Positions 1 through 10,860 of a DNA stretch of 64,000 nt are shown here, piece by piece. Under the pieces are notes generated by a model. The model was given only the letters and a program-made list of their open reading frames with translations, searched no databases and had not been told where the DNA came from. The position numbers and the translations under genes were made by a program. The first letter of the stretch is position 1, and every line of letters begins with the position of its first letter. Location of the stretch: assembly GCA_963805625.1 (NCBI GenBank), contig CAWDVE010000019.1:96001-160000 (forward strand), written 5' to 3'. Origin of the DNA: an uncultured Candidatus Rokubacteria bacterium. Lineage in GTDB: Bacteria > Methylomirabilota > Methylomirabilia > Rokubacteriales > DASRDR01.

Positions 1-303
1 CGTTTGCGGCGCCTACGTTCTCCGGTGTGACGCGGGCAGATTGGCGGGGGCGATCCGCCAGATGGTCTTGAGCTGGCGCGCGGTCGCGGCGCCGCGGACC
101 GGCGGCGGCATGACGGCCGGTTGGCCGCTGGTACCCCAGATCGCGCCGCTACCGGGATGGCTCGGATCGGGCTCGGCGCGGGCGCAGGTGCCGGCGCCGC
201 CTGCCCGCGCCGTTCTGGTACGATACCCGCCCGGGGGCGCCGGGCCCGCGCTCGGCAAGACCCCTGTCCACCTCGGTCGCGTCGTCGTGTCTAAGGAGGC
301 CGC

Positions 304-624
304 ATGTTCTTCGAGCTGAGGCAGTACGTCGTCCGTCCCGGGCAGCAGAAGGCGTGGGTGAAGTGCATGGAGGAGGAGATCATTCCATTCCAGGTGAAGA
401 TGGGCATGGTCATCCTCGGCTCGTTCGTGGGCGAGGAGGACCCGAGCGTGTACGTGTGGATCCGTCGCTTCGAGAGCGAGGCCGAGCGCAAGCGGCTCTA
501 CGACCTCGTCTATCAGAGCGACTACTGGAAGAACGAGATCTCGCCCAGGATCGGCACGTTCATCGACCGCGAGCAGATCAAGGTCCAGCGCATCGTGGCC
601 ACGCCGCACTCGGTCATCCAGTAG
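304..624 (+). CDS. NIPSNAP family protein
   Basis: 106 aa; starts MFFELRQY, contains YVWIRRFESEAER; AAGGAGG RBS upstream. Confidence 0.85.
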   Translation: MFFELRQYVVRPGQQKAWVKCMEEEIIPFQVKMGMVILGSFVGEEDPSVYVWIRRFESEAERKRLYDLVYQSDYWKNEISPRIGTFIDREQIKVQRIVATPHSVIQ

Positions 625-719
625 CATGCGGCTGAGCCTCGCCGGGGGACCGGGAGCGGGGGAAATGGTGTGTGGCCGGCGCGGGCGGTGTCAAGGATCA
701 AGGACGGCACCGGGCGGCC

Positions 720-765
720 GTTGCGCCCCGACTAGGGAGTCCTCAGGTGAGGGCAGGGAGACGCG
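720..765. repeat. Dispersed intergenic repeat, copy 1 (REP-like)
   Basis: GTCCTCAGGTGAGGGCAGGGAGACGCG (739-765) matches 14445-14471 at 26/27 nt; internal CCTCA-GG-TGAGG palindrome. Confidence 0.55.
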
Positions 766-832
766 GCTGGCCGGACCCGCCGCTGCGGACTCTGGGAGAG
801 AGATGCGCTCGAGGTTCCTCCGACGGAATCGA

Positions 833-866
833 GGCGGGCGACCGAGAAGGGTCTCGACCGCCCGCC
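833..866. terminator. GC-rich hairpin between convergent genes, possible terminator for ahcY
   Basis: GGCGGGCG...CGCCCGCC inverted repeat; no strong U-tract. Confidence 0.3.
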
Positions 867-916
867 GGACTTCGCCTGGCACCCCCAAACTCGCGTCCGG
901 TGGCGCCTAGCCGCGC

Positions 917-2344
<1,428 letters not shown>

Positions 2345-2374
2345 CGCGCCTCCTTTCTCTACGAGCAAAAGATT

Positions 2375-2448
2375 CGCGAGCGCCGTTGCCGGTCGAACCC
2401 CGAGCCTGGCGAGCACCACCCGGTGCCCGTTGCAACGCTCCTCGGAGA
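2375..2448 (-). ncRNA. SAH riboswitch
   Basis: Minus strand reads CCGAGGAGCGUUGCAAC...GCCAGGCUCGG...AACGGCGCUC, the SAH riboswitch consensus, directly 5' of ahcY. Confidence 0.92.
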
Positions 2449-2769
2449 CGGAGCGATTCTACCAGACCCGGTCTCCGGCGTCAGGCGGCTCCTTCCACCA
2501 CGACCCTCAGGCGCGTCGGCTTGAAGGCGTGACAGGGGTCCGCCGGCTGATCAGATCGCAGACTTGGATCGTGCCGATCGGGGATGGGCGGCCGGGTCCT
2601 GCGGAGATGCGCGCCCTGGTGAGGCGCGACGAGCCGATCTATTCTGGTCGGGAACGTTCCGGGAATCTCCCTCAGGTGCGGGGGCACCGGGGCGCTGCGC
2701 CACGAGAGGAGTTGCTGACGGCCCGTCGGCCGATGCCATGCTGATCCTCACCGCCGACAGCACGGCCGT

Positions 2770-3564
2770 TTGACGATGCCGCCCCTGCGCCGCGCCAGCC
2801 AGCTCCGGGATCTCGTCGCCTTTCTCGCCCCTCTTGGGCTGGTTGTCGTGGTCTGGGCTGGGGCCGTCGCGATCTTCCACGTCGACACGCGCGTCTTCCC
2901 GGGCGTGGGCGACGTGTTCGGCGCCGCCGTGGACTCCGTGCGAGACGGCAGCCTCGCGCGCCACGTCGGGCAGAGCCTCCTCCGGGTCGTGGTGGGCACG
3001 TCCCTCGCGATCGCCGCCGCCATCCCGCTCGGCGTCGCCATGAGCGTGAGCCCTGTCGTGGCGTCCATCCTGGCCCCGCTCTTCCGCTTCTTCTCGGTGC
3101 TCGCAGGGATCGCCTGGATTCCCATCGCGACGCTCTGGTTCGGCTACGGCTTCGGCGCGATCACCTTCGTGATCTTCAACGCGGTGTTCTTCGTGGTCAC
3201 CTACAACACGCTGCTCGGCGTCGCCTCGATCCCGCGTCCCCTCCGCCACGCGGCGGCCTCGCTCGGGGCCGGACGCTGGCGCATGCTGACGGAAGTGCTC
3301 CTCCCCGGAGCCTTGCCGAACATCGTCACCGGGGTCCGCACCGGCATGGGCTTCGCTTGGCGGGGGCTCATCGCGGCCGAGATGATCGCCACCAACGCCG
3401 GCCTCGGCTACATGCTCTTCGTCGCGCGGGACTTCTACCGGACCGAGGTGATCGTGTTCGGCATGGTCGTGATCGGGTCGCTGTGGCTCCTGATCGACCG
3501 GCTGCTCTTGGCCCCGCTCGAGCGGGCGACGATCGAGCGCTGGGGCCTGGTGAGACGCGCATGA
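2770..3564 (+). CDS. ABC transporter permease (SsuC/TauC/NitT type)
   Basis: Hydrophobic; EAA-like loop AAASLGAG; AWRGLIAAEMI. Confidence 0.9.
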   Translation: MTMPPLRRASQLRDLVAFLAPLGLVVVVWAGAVAIFHVDTRVFPGVGDVFGAAVDSVRDGSLARHVGQSLLRVVVGTSLAIAAAIPLGVAMSVSPVVASILAPLFRFFSVLAGIAWIPIATLWFGYGFGAITFVIFNAVFFVVTYNTLLGVASIPRPLRHAAASLGAGRWRMLTEVLLPGALPNIVTGVRTGMGFAWRGLIAAEMIATNAGLGYMLFVARDFYRTEVIVFGMVVIGSLWLLIDRLLLAPLERATIERWGLVRRA

Positions 3565-4397
3565 GCCTCACCCGCGGCCAGCCCCTGCCGGCGCCGCTGC
3601 CGTTGCGGGCGTGGTCGCTCTACATGCGGTGGACGACGCGAGCCCCCGGAGTCCGCGCGCTCCTCCCGTTCCTTCCCATCATCGCGGCGTGGGGACTGAT
3701 CGCAGAAGCCGGGATCTTCCCGCGCGTCTTCTTTCCGGGCCCGGCGGAGGTCGTCCGCTCGTTCGCGAGCCTCCTCTACAAGGGCATCCTGCCCGAGTAC
3801 CTCGAGGACAGTGTCGTCAGACTGGCCCTGGGGGCCGCCGCCGGCACCACGCTGGGGATCCCGCTCGGCGCCCTCATCGGCCTCTCGCGCCGCGCCCACG
3901 CCCTCGTCTGGCCTGTGCTCCTCTTCTTCCAGGCCATCGGCGACATCGCGTGGCTGCCGATCCTCCTGATCTGGTTCGGCTTCGGGCTCACGACAATGAC
4001 GTTCGTGCTCGTCTACACCGTGCTCTTCCCGGTCGTCCTCAATACCGCCCTCGGCGTGCGCTCGGTGCCGCTCGAGCTGACGCGGGCCGCCCAGAGCCTC
4101 GGCGCCTCGCAGCTGCGGATCTTGTTCGAAGTGACCCTGCCGGGCGCGCTCGCCAACATCGTGACCGGTCTCCGCAACGGCCTGGGCTATGGCTGGCGCG
4201 CGCTCATCGCGGCGGAGATGATCGTGGGGACCAGCGGGATCGGTTTCATGATGTTCGACGCCCGGCGCGCCGGGTCCGTAGTCGAGATCCTGGTCGGGAT
4301 GATCGTGCTCGGACTGCTCTGGTACGTCGTCGACGGCTGGGTGCTAGTGCCCCTCGAGCGCGCCACGGTCCAGCGCTGGGGGCTCGTCACGCGATGA
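3561..4397 (+). CDS. ABC transporter permease (SsuC/TauC type), second
   Basis: ATGA overlap with the previous gene; AAQSLGAS; GWRALIAAEMI. Confidence 0.9.
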   Translation: MSLTRGQPLPAPLPLRAWSLYMRWTTRAPGVRALLPFLPIIAAWGLIAEAGIFPRVFFPGPAEVVRSFASLLYKGILPEYLEDSVVRLALGAAAGTTLGIPLGALIGLSRRAHALVWPVLLFFQAIGDIAWLPILLIWFGFGLTTMTFVLVYTVLFPVVLNTALGVRSVPLELTRAAQSLGASQLRILFEVTLPGALANIVTGLRNGLGYGWRALIAAEMIVGTSGIGFMMFDARRAGSVVEILVGMIVLGLLWYVVDGWVLVPLERATVQRWGLVTR

Positions 4398-5152
4398 GCA
4401 TCCTCGTCGTCGAGAACCTCAGCAAGACGTACTTCGATCCGTACGCCGGGGCGCACGTCACCGCCGTCAACGGCGTCTCGCTGGAAGTCCGGCCGGGCGA
4501 GTTCGTCTCCATCGTCGGCCCGTCGGGCTGTGGGAAGACCACCTTGCTCAACATGATCGCCGGCTTCGTCCCGCCCTCGGACGGGCGGATCGTCCTCAAC
4601 GGGCGTGTGGTAAGCGGCCCTGGTCCCGACCGCGGCGTCGTCTTCCAGTCTTTCGCTCTATTCCCGTGGAAGACCGTCCTGGACAATGTCGCGTTTGGCC
4701 CGAAGATGCGAGGTGTCCCACGCGGCGAGCGCGAGCGGATCGCCCGCGAGTATGTTGCGTTGGTGGGGTTGGCCGGCCAGGAGGATCGGTATCCCAACGA
4801 GTTGTCAGGCGGGATGCAGCAGCGTGTCGGTGTGGCGCGCGCCCTCGCCAACAGCCCCGAGATCCTCCTCATGGACGAACCGTTCGCCAGTGTCGACGCC
4901 CAGACCCGGATGACCCTCCAGGAGGAGTTGACGCGGATCTGGCAAGCTCGTCGGCCGACGATCCTCTTCGTCACGCATGACGTGGACGAGGCGGTGTTCC
5001 TCGCCGACCGGGTCGTGGTGCTGTCGAAGGGTCAGGTGCTGGCCGAGCTCCCCGTCACGCTCGAGCGCCCGCGCCACTGGGAGGCACTCGTCGAGCACGC
5101 TGACTTCAAGGCCCAGGTGGCGAAGGTCCTCGGCCTCGTGAGAAGCGCATGA
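4394..5152 (+). CDS. ABC transporter ATP-binding protein (SsuB/TauB type)
   Basis: Walker A GPSGCGKT, signature LSGGMQQR, Walker B LLMDEPF. Confidence 0.93.
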   Translation: MSILVVENLSKTYFDPYAGAHVTAVNGVSLEVRPGEFVSIVGPSGCGKTTLLNMIAGFVPPSDGRIVLNGRVVSGPGPDRGVVFQSFALFPWKTVLDNVAFGPKMRGVPRGERERIAREYVALVGLAGQEDRYPNELSGGMQQRVGVARALANSPEILLMDEPFASVDAQTRMTLQEELTRIWQARRPTILFVTHDVDEAVFLADRVVVLSKGQVLAELPVTLERPRHWEALVEHADFKAQVAKVLGLVRSA

Positions 5153-5165
5153 CAGGGGGCCAGGG

Positions 5166-5507
5166 GTGAGGGGGCTACGCGCCATCGTGGCCTCGCGGAG
5201 GGGCCGGATCGCGGTCGCGGCGGTCGGGTGCTATCTCATCTGGCAGGCGTGGCTGACGGTCCGGGCGCCGACCAAGCTCGCCCCGGCCCTGCGCGCGGCG
5301 GGGACGGCGCGCGTGGACGTTCTGGTCACGCTGCCGTTCCCACCCGAGCGCTTCCACGTGCTAGCGTTCCAGAAACACGGCCGGGTCTCAGGGACGCAAG
5401 GCCATCAGATCGAGCTGCGCGGTGTAAGACGCGTCGACCTGACGTCGGTCGCGCGCCCATACTGGGTGAAAGCCATAGATCCGCTGCCAACAGGGAGGGA
5501 ACCATGA
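5166..5507 (+). CDS. Small hypothetical protein with N-terminal membrane anchor inside the ABC operon
   Basis: 113 aa; one hydrophobic helix; stop overlaps the start of the SBP gene. Confidence 0.65.
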   Translation: MRGLRAIVASRRGRIAVAAVGCYLIWQAWLTVRAPTKLAPALRAAGTARVDVLVTLPFPPERFHVLAFQKHGRVSGTQGHQIELRGVRRVDLTSVARPYWVKAIDPLPTGREP

Positions 5508-6568
5508 TCCGAGTCCTACTCGCCACCGTGCTCGCACTCCTGGCCGTCGGGCCCGTCCCATTGTCCGCTCAGCAGCCCCCCGTGAAGGTGACAGCCGGCA
5601 TCGTGGCGGCCATCGACCAGCTCGGCATACCCATCGCGCTCGAACGCGGTTTCTTTGAGAAGGCGGGGCTCGATGTCACCATCGCGCGCCCGTATGCCAC
5701 CGGCGTGGACGAGCTGAACGCCCTGCAGGCCGGTGAGATCCAGCTCGGCCAGGTGGGTGTGCCCATGATCGGCGCCGTCTTGCGCGGGATGGACCTCGTC
5801 GTCCTCGGCAACTACTCGGGCGCCGCCGCTCGCCTTGGTTCCGACACGACCATGGCGGTCATCGCCCGTGAGGGAGCCGGCATCGTCAAGGGGCAACCCC
5901 CGAGCCTTCGCGGCAAGCGCATTGCGGCCTCGTTCGGGACGATCAACCACCTCTACCTCCTCGGTCTGCTCGACAAGCACGGGCTCACGCCCAACGACGT
6001 CACCCTCGTTAACACGCCGCCGCCGGACATGACGGTGGCGCTCCTGGCGAAAGGGATTGATGCCTTTAGCGCCTGGGACCCTTGGCCCATCGTGGCCCAG
6101 AAGGACGTGCCGGGCGCGTTCGAAGTGGTCCGCGGGGGGGATGTCATCGGCTTCCTCGGCTTCAACGTCGCCGTGCGGAGCTGGGTGGCCCAGAACCAGG
6201 GCACAGTGGAACGGTTCCTCATCGCCGTCTCCGAGGCCGACAAGTGGATGCGGGCGAATCCCAAACTGGCGGCCCAGGTGGCCGTGCGCTGGATCCCGGG
6301 CCTCAAGCCCGACGTCGCCGACGCGGCCATGCAGTACAACATCCAGCAGGTCGACCGCCGCCTGTCCGCGCACAACTACCGTGCGCTATGGGCTGCCCAG
6401 GACCGGCTGCATCGGCTCGGGCTGATCAAGTCCACCTTCGACGTGAACAAACACGTCGAGCCCGGCCCGATCCTCAAGGTCATGCAGACCCGCCCCGATC
6501 TCTTCTCCGATCTCGCCCCGATCCCGGCGAATGCAGCGATCGCCCCGGGATGGGTGTTCCAACCGTGA
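5504..6568 (+). CDS. ABC substrate-binding protein (SsuA/TauA/NMT1 family)
   Basis: Signal peptide MIRVLLATVLALLAVG; LRGKRIAASFGT; AFSAWDPWP; GGAGG RBS. Confidence 0.88.
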   Translation: MIRVLLATVLALLAVGPVPLSAQQPPVKVTAGIVAAIDQLGIPIALERGFFEKAGLDVTIARPYATGVDELNALQAGEIQLGQVGVPMIGAVLRGMDLVVLGNYSGAAARLGSDTTMAVIAREGAGIVKGQPPSLRGKRIAASFGTINHLYLLGLLDKHGLTPNDVTLVNTPPPDMTVALLAKGIDAFSAWDPWPIVAQKDVPGAFEVVRGGDVIGFLGFNVAVRSWVAQNQGTVERFLIAVSEADKWMRANPKLAAQVAVRWIPGLKPDVADAAMQYNIQQVDRRLSAHNYRALWAAQDRLHRLGLIKSTFDVNKHVEPGPILKVMQTRPDLFSDLAPIPANAAIAPGWVFQP

Positions 6569-6826
6569 CCCTGGGGACGGTGAAGGGTCCGCACGGAGCG
6601 GAGAGGCACTGGTGAGGTGACTGCTGCGACGGCCTCGCCGGCCGGGCTCCTCGACGCAGACGACGCGGTCGGAGAAGCAGGCGCCGCCGCCCGTCGCGAC
6701 TGGCGGGAAGAGAGATCGACAAGGAGTCCATGGGCCGGCTCTTTACGGCGGTCGCCGCCGCGAGGAAGTGACGGGAGGCCAGGCCGGCGGATCCCAGCGC
6801 CAGAGCGGAGGCGAAAGGAGAAGACC

Positions 6827-7252
6827 ATGCCCCAGCCTCTGTCCGCGGACATCAGGCAGTTGCTCGACCGCCCGAACTTCGCCCATCTCGCCACCCTGAT
6901 GCCCGACGGCTCGCCACAGAGCGCGCCCGTTTGGGTCGGACGCGAGGGCGACCGCATCCTCGTCTGTACCGGCGAAGGCTCACTGAAGGCGATGAACACG
7001 CGTCGCGACCCGCGGATCGCGCTCTCGATCGTCGACGTCCAAGATCCCTACATTGAGGCCCAACTCCGAGGTCGCGTCGTCGAGCGTCGTCCGGACCCCG
7101 ACCTCGCACTCATGGATCCGATCTCCCACAAGTACACCGGCAAGCCCTTCCCGTTCCGGAATCCCGAGGGACGCGTCGCGCTCGTGATTGAGATCCAGAA
7201 GGCGCGGTACGCCAAGTTGCCCTTCGAGCACACGCCGTCAAAGCGCGGCTAG
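6827..7252 (+). CDS. PPOX class probable F420-dependent oxidoreductase
   Basis: LATLMPDGSPQSAPVW, KAMNTRRDPRIALSI; AAGGAG RBS. Confidence 0.85.
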   Translation: MPQPLSADIRQLLDRPNFAHLATLMPDGSPQSAPVWVGREGDRILVCTGEGSLKAMNTRRDPRIALSIVDVQDPYIEAQLRGRVVERRPDPDLALMDPISHKYTGKPFPFRNPEGRVALVIEIQKARYAKLPFEHTPSKRG

Positions 7253-7444
7253 GCCCTCGTGCTTGTGAAGCCGGGCGTGGTCCTCACGGAAGCGGAGGTC
7301 ATCGCCTGGTGCAAAGAGGCCGTCGCGAGCTACAAGAAGCCCAAGTCGGTCGAGTTCGTGGCCGAGCTGCCGAAAGCAACTGCGGCAAGGTCCTGAAGCG
7401 GGAGCTCCGGGCACGCTACTGGGAGGGTCGACCGGCTCGTGTGA
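7253..7444 (+). pseudogene. Acyl-CoA synthetase (AMP-binding) C-terminal remnant
   Basis: EVIAWCKEAVASYKKPKSVEFVAELPK, frameshift, GKVLKRELRARYW; no start. Confidence 0.7.
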
Positions 7445-7504
7445 TGGCGCCTGGAGCCATGCCATGCCACGGGCGAGGGTCATGACGGGCGGGGGTTCGC
7501 CCGC

Positions 7505-7620
7505 GTCGCGACCGTTGTGGCGGTTGCTCCGTGCGACGCGTTCGAGGTGTTCACGGACGGGATGGACCTCTGGTGGAGGCGCGACCAACGCTGTCGCTTC
7601 TCGTCGGAGGTCGCCCCTCG
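7505..7620 (+). pseudogene. SRPBCC/AHSA1 domain remnant
   Basis: VAVAPCDAFEVFTDGMDLWWRR resembles the SRPBCC N-terminus. Confidence 0.4.
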
Positions 7621-7734
7621 GGTTCGAAGGTCAGGTGCAGCGGACGCCTGATCGAGAGGTTTGATGACCGCCATGCGTGCTAAATCGGGCGAGATCCTTC
7701 GAGGAGCCCACCCGGACGGCCGCCGCGGCTCGCC

Positions 7735-7830
7735 AGGTCACCTCGGTATGCACCGGGTCTTTCCCGTACGCCAAGGCCGGCCTCCTCCGCGGTCGCCACG
7801 CCCCCGCCCACTGGGGCTGGATCCAGGCCG
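7735..7830 (+). pseudogene. DJ-1/PfpI family remnant
   Basis: VTSVCTGSFPYAKAGLLRGRHAPAHW resembles the nucleophile elbow SVCTG...AGLLDGRRATTHW. Confidence 0.55.
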
Positions 7831-7944
7831 GTGGCAGCCGCTCGGTAAAGTCCTCACCGCCTCAGTTCTCGTTGCCATCCGAGAAGAATGGAAAGGCGAA
7901 CGGAAGAGCGGCGCGTCCGCCGTATGGTACTGGCCCGCTCTTAC

Positions 7945-7978
7945 GAGGTAAGCTCCCTCTGGAGGTAAGCTCCCTCTG
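7945..7978. repeat. Perfect 17-bp tandem duplication
   Basis: GAGGTAAGCTCCCTCTG x2. Confidence 0.8.
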
Positions 7979-8038
7979 AAGGTCTTCAATGCCTCGGGTT
8001 GGGCGTGTCAACAGGGGCCCAGATCCCCAGGGGTATCC

Positions 8039-8968
8039 TCACTCCCAGAGGCGGGTGGAGAAGTAGCGCTCCCCCAGGTCATTGAAGATCGTCACCACAC
8101 GGCCCCGCCCCTCCCGATGCGCGACGTGCTCGACGCCCACGAGATAGGCTCCTGACGACAGTCCCACGAAGAACCCGGCCCGAGCCAGTCGCCCACACAT
8201 CGCGTAGGCGCTGGCGCTGGTCACCGGAATCCGCTCGTCGATGAGACGCTCGTCAAGGATCGCCGGGACGATGTCTCCGGGGTTCCCGAGAGGCTTGAGC
8301 CCTTCGATGCCCGGAAAGACTTCTGGGATCACGGACACGACACGGATCCGCGGGTCGTGTTCTTTCAGACGCCGCCCCAGGCCGGTCAGGGTGCCGCCGG
8401 TGCCGACCCCGACCACCAGGTGGGTCATTCGGCCGTCGGTCTGATCGAGGATCTCGGCGGCGGTCGTCTCGTAGTGGGCGCGCCAGTTGTCCTCGTTGCT
8501 GTACTGATCGCAGAAAAAATACTGTTCAGGATCGGCCGCGGCGCGCCGGTGCACCTCCCGGAGGGCTTCGTCGTACCCCTGGATCGCGTCGGTGAAGATA
8601 AGCCGAGCCCCGTGGGCCAGCAGTCGCGTCTTTCGCTCGGTACTCGCATTGTCCGGGATGACGATCTCGACCGGGAAGCCGATGATCCGGCCGATCATCG
8701 CGTAGGCGATGCCGGCGTTGCCCGACGAGCTGTCCAGAATGGTCTTCCCGGGCAGGAGCTGTCCGCGAGCGACGGCGCTCAGCAGCATGCGCAACACCGG
8801 ACGATCCTTGAGCGAACCGCCCGGATTGAGCTGCTCCATCTTGGCGAACACTTCGACGTCGGGCAGGTGGTCGCGAAAGAGCGGCACCGGGACTAGAGGG
8901 GTGTTGCCCACAGCCCGCAGGACGGGGTAGCGGTCAAGCAGAGGCTGGATCGATCGATCCCAAGGCAT
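8039..8968 (-). CDS. PLP-dependent cysteine synthase family protein (CysM/CysK-like)
   Basis: VGNTPLV, NPGGSLKDR (PLP lysine), SSGNAG, GVGTGGT, ERYFST. Confidence 0.9.
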   Translation of the reverse strand: MPWDRSIQPLLDRYPVLRAVGNTPLVPVPLFRDHLPDVEVFAKMEQLNPGGSLKDRPVLRMLLSAVARGQLLPGKTILDSSSGNAGIAYAMIGRIIGFPVEIVIPDNASTERKTRLLAHGARLIFTDAIQGYDEALREVHRRAAADPEQYFFCDQYSNEDNWRAHYETTAAEILDQTDGRMTHLVVGVGTGGTLTGLGRRLKEHDPRIRVVSVIPEVFPGIEGLKPLGNPGDIVPAILDERLIDERIPVTSASAYAMCGRLARAGFFVGLSSGAYLVGVEHVAHREGRGRVVTIFNDLGERYFSTRLWE

Positions 8969-9172
8969 GGGCGTCGACCGCCACTCAGTGTGTCGCCAGG
9001 TCAGGGTGCACCGAAAGGCCTCACGTCATGATATCAACTACCACCCGGTTCCGGGGCTCCGGCCGCGGTGCCCGCTCACGGTCGTAGCTGAATTGGCGAG
9101 CGGCCAGGGTGCCACCCGGTATTGGGCAGGCGCGTGGCCGCAGGATCCGACCCGCGAAGCGGTAGGGAGAGA

Positions 9173-9526
9173 TCAGGTGCAGCCGGTTCTGGGCGTTCCC
9201 CGCGCTTTCCTCGGCACCAGCGTGCACGCGAACGTGGCCGGCTTCGTCCGGTATTGATCGAGGAGGGCCAGAAGCGGCGCCAGCGTCCGGTCCCGCTTGG
9301 CGAGGCCGATGCCGTAGATTGACAGATCGTTCACCAGCCGCGTGTAGAAGACATGCTGGTGGTCGCCAGTGTCACGCATGCAGGACGTCGGCTTCTGCGC
9401 CACGCGCAAGAGGAGGCCGAACGCCCGGACGTACTCGCCGAGCACCGGTTCGTCACGCAGGTCCGGAGGGAACCGCGCCGCGATAGGAGGATCGAGCGTA
9501 TTGACAAGTTGGGCGTCCGGGCGCAT
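9173..9526 (-). CDS. Hypothetical protein (117 aa, three Cys)
   Basis: ATG at 9526 with AGGAGG RBS; MRPDAQLVNTLDPP...RTGCT. Confidence 0.6.
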   Translation of the reverse strand: MRPDAQLVNTLDPPIAARFPPDLRDEPVLGEYVRAFGLLLRVAQKPTSCMRDTGDHQHVFYTRLVNDLSIYGIGLAKRDRTLAPLLALLDQYRTKPATFACTLVPRKARGTPRTGCT

Positions 9527-9575
9527 CGTCCTCCTGCTCCCGGCTCTCCAACACCCAAAGACGCGAGGTGACGCG

Positions 9576-10835
9576 ATGGCCACCCATTTGGACCGCCGGA
9601 AGTTTCTCAAGACCACCGCCCTGGCCGCCACAGCTGCCGCGACAACCGAGGTCCTGTTCCCCGCCATCGTGCGGGCACAGGAACCCATCCGGATCGGACA
9701 GCTCGTCCCGTTCACGGGGTTCCTCGGCGCGATCGGCGAGTACGGCAAGCAGGGCGCCACGCTCGCCGTCGAAGAGTTGAACGAGAGAGGCGGCGTGATG
9801 GGTCGGAAGCTCGAGCTCATCACAGAGGACGAGGCCAACCCGGGCGTCGCCGTGCAGAAGGCGCGTAAGCTCATCGAGAAGGATCACGTGGTCGCCATCG
9901 AGGGCCTCGTCTCTTCGGCCTCGTGCCTGGCCGTCGGCGACGAGGTCCAGCGGGCGAAGGTTCTCCTGATCAACGCCGGCGCCAACTCGGACGAGATCAG
10001 GAGCAAGCGCTGCCATCGCTACGTCTTCTCGACTGAGGGCTGCAACACGCAATACGTCAACGCAATCGGCAACTGGCTCATCAAGGAGCGAAAGGTCAGC
10101 CGCTGGTATTTCCTCACCTCCGACTACGCCTTCGGTCACGACCTCCTCCGGGTGGCGCGTGGCCTCCTCGCCGCGAACAAGGGCACCGAGGTTGGCAGTG
10201 ACCTGGCCCCGACGGGCACGACGGACTTCAGCCAGTACATCACCAAGATGAAGGCGGCCAAGCCCGACCTCGTCTTTCACAACCTGGCCGGCGCCGACGT
10301 CACGAACTTCCTCAAGCAGTACGCCGAGGCGGGGATGACGATCGAGGTCGCGGGCGGCGTCATCGATTCGGCGTACGCCTGGCCCGTCGGCGAGTCGCTG
10401 CGCGGCCACTTCCCGATCATCTGGTGGCACGAGCTCAACACGCCCGCCAGCCTCGCGTGGGCCGCGCGCTACATCAAGCGCTGGGGCCGGCCGCCCGATA
10501 ACCAGGCGTACGGGGACTACACCGCCGTGCACGCCATCGCCCAGGCGATCGACAAGGCCAAGAGCACGGAGAGCGACAAGCTCGTGACGGCGCTCGAGGG
10601 CCACACGCTGGCCGGGACGACGGACGGGCTCAAGGGCCGGCCGCTGACCTTCCGCGCGTGGGACCACCAGCTCCTGCAGCCGATGTACGTGGTCGCCGCC
10701 AGGGACAAGTCGAAGTGGAAGGACAAGTGGGACATCTTCGAGATCATCGGCGAGGTCCCGCCCCTGGGCGCTGCGCTCGAGGCCATCGCGATCCCGAAGG
10801 ACCAGAGCCAGTGCCAGCTGGAGCCGATGTCGTAG
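9576..10835 (+). CDS. Branched-chain amino acid-type ABC substrate-binding protein, Tat-exported
   Basis: DRRKFLK twin-arginine signal; PIRIG, DYAFG; LivJ/K-type motifs. Confidence 0.9.
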   Translation: MATHLDRRKFLKTTALAATAAATTEVLFPAIVRAQEPIRIGQLVPFTGFLGAIGEYGKQGATLAVEELNERGGVMGRKLELITEDEANPGVAVQKARKLIEKDHVVAIEGLVSSASCLAVGDEVQRAKVLLINAGANSDEIRSKRCHRYVFSTEGCNTQYVNAIGNWLIKERKVSRWYFLTSDYAFGHDLLRVARGLLAANKGTEVGSDLAPTGTTDFSQYITKMKAAKPDLVFHNLAGADVTNFLKQYAEAGMTIEVAGGVIDSAYAWPVGESLRGHFPIIWWHELNTPASLAWAARYIKRWGRPPDNQAYGDYTAVHAIAQAIDKAKSTESDKLVTALEGHTLAGTTDGLKGRPLTFRAWDHQLLQPMYVVAARDKSKWKDKWDIFEIIGEVPPLGAALEAIAIPKDQSQCQLEPMS

Positions 10836-10860
10836 CGTCTTTGGCGACGTTCGCGGCGCG

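Noticed and set aside
1-300. Short ORFs at the window start
   Set aside because: No recognisable motifs or RBS; cannot support a gene.
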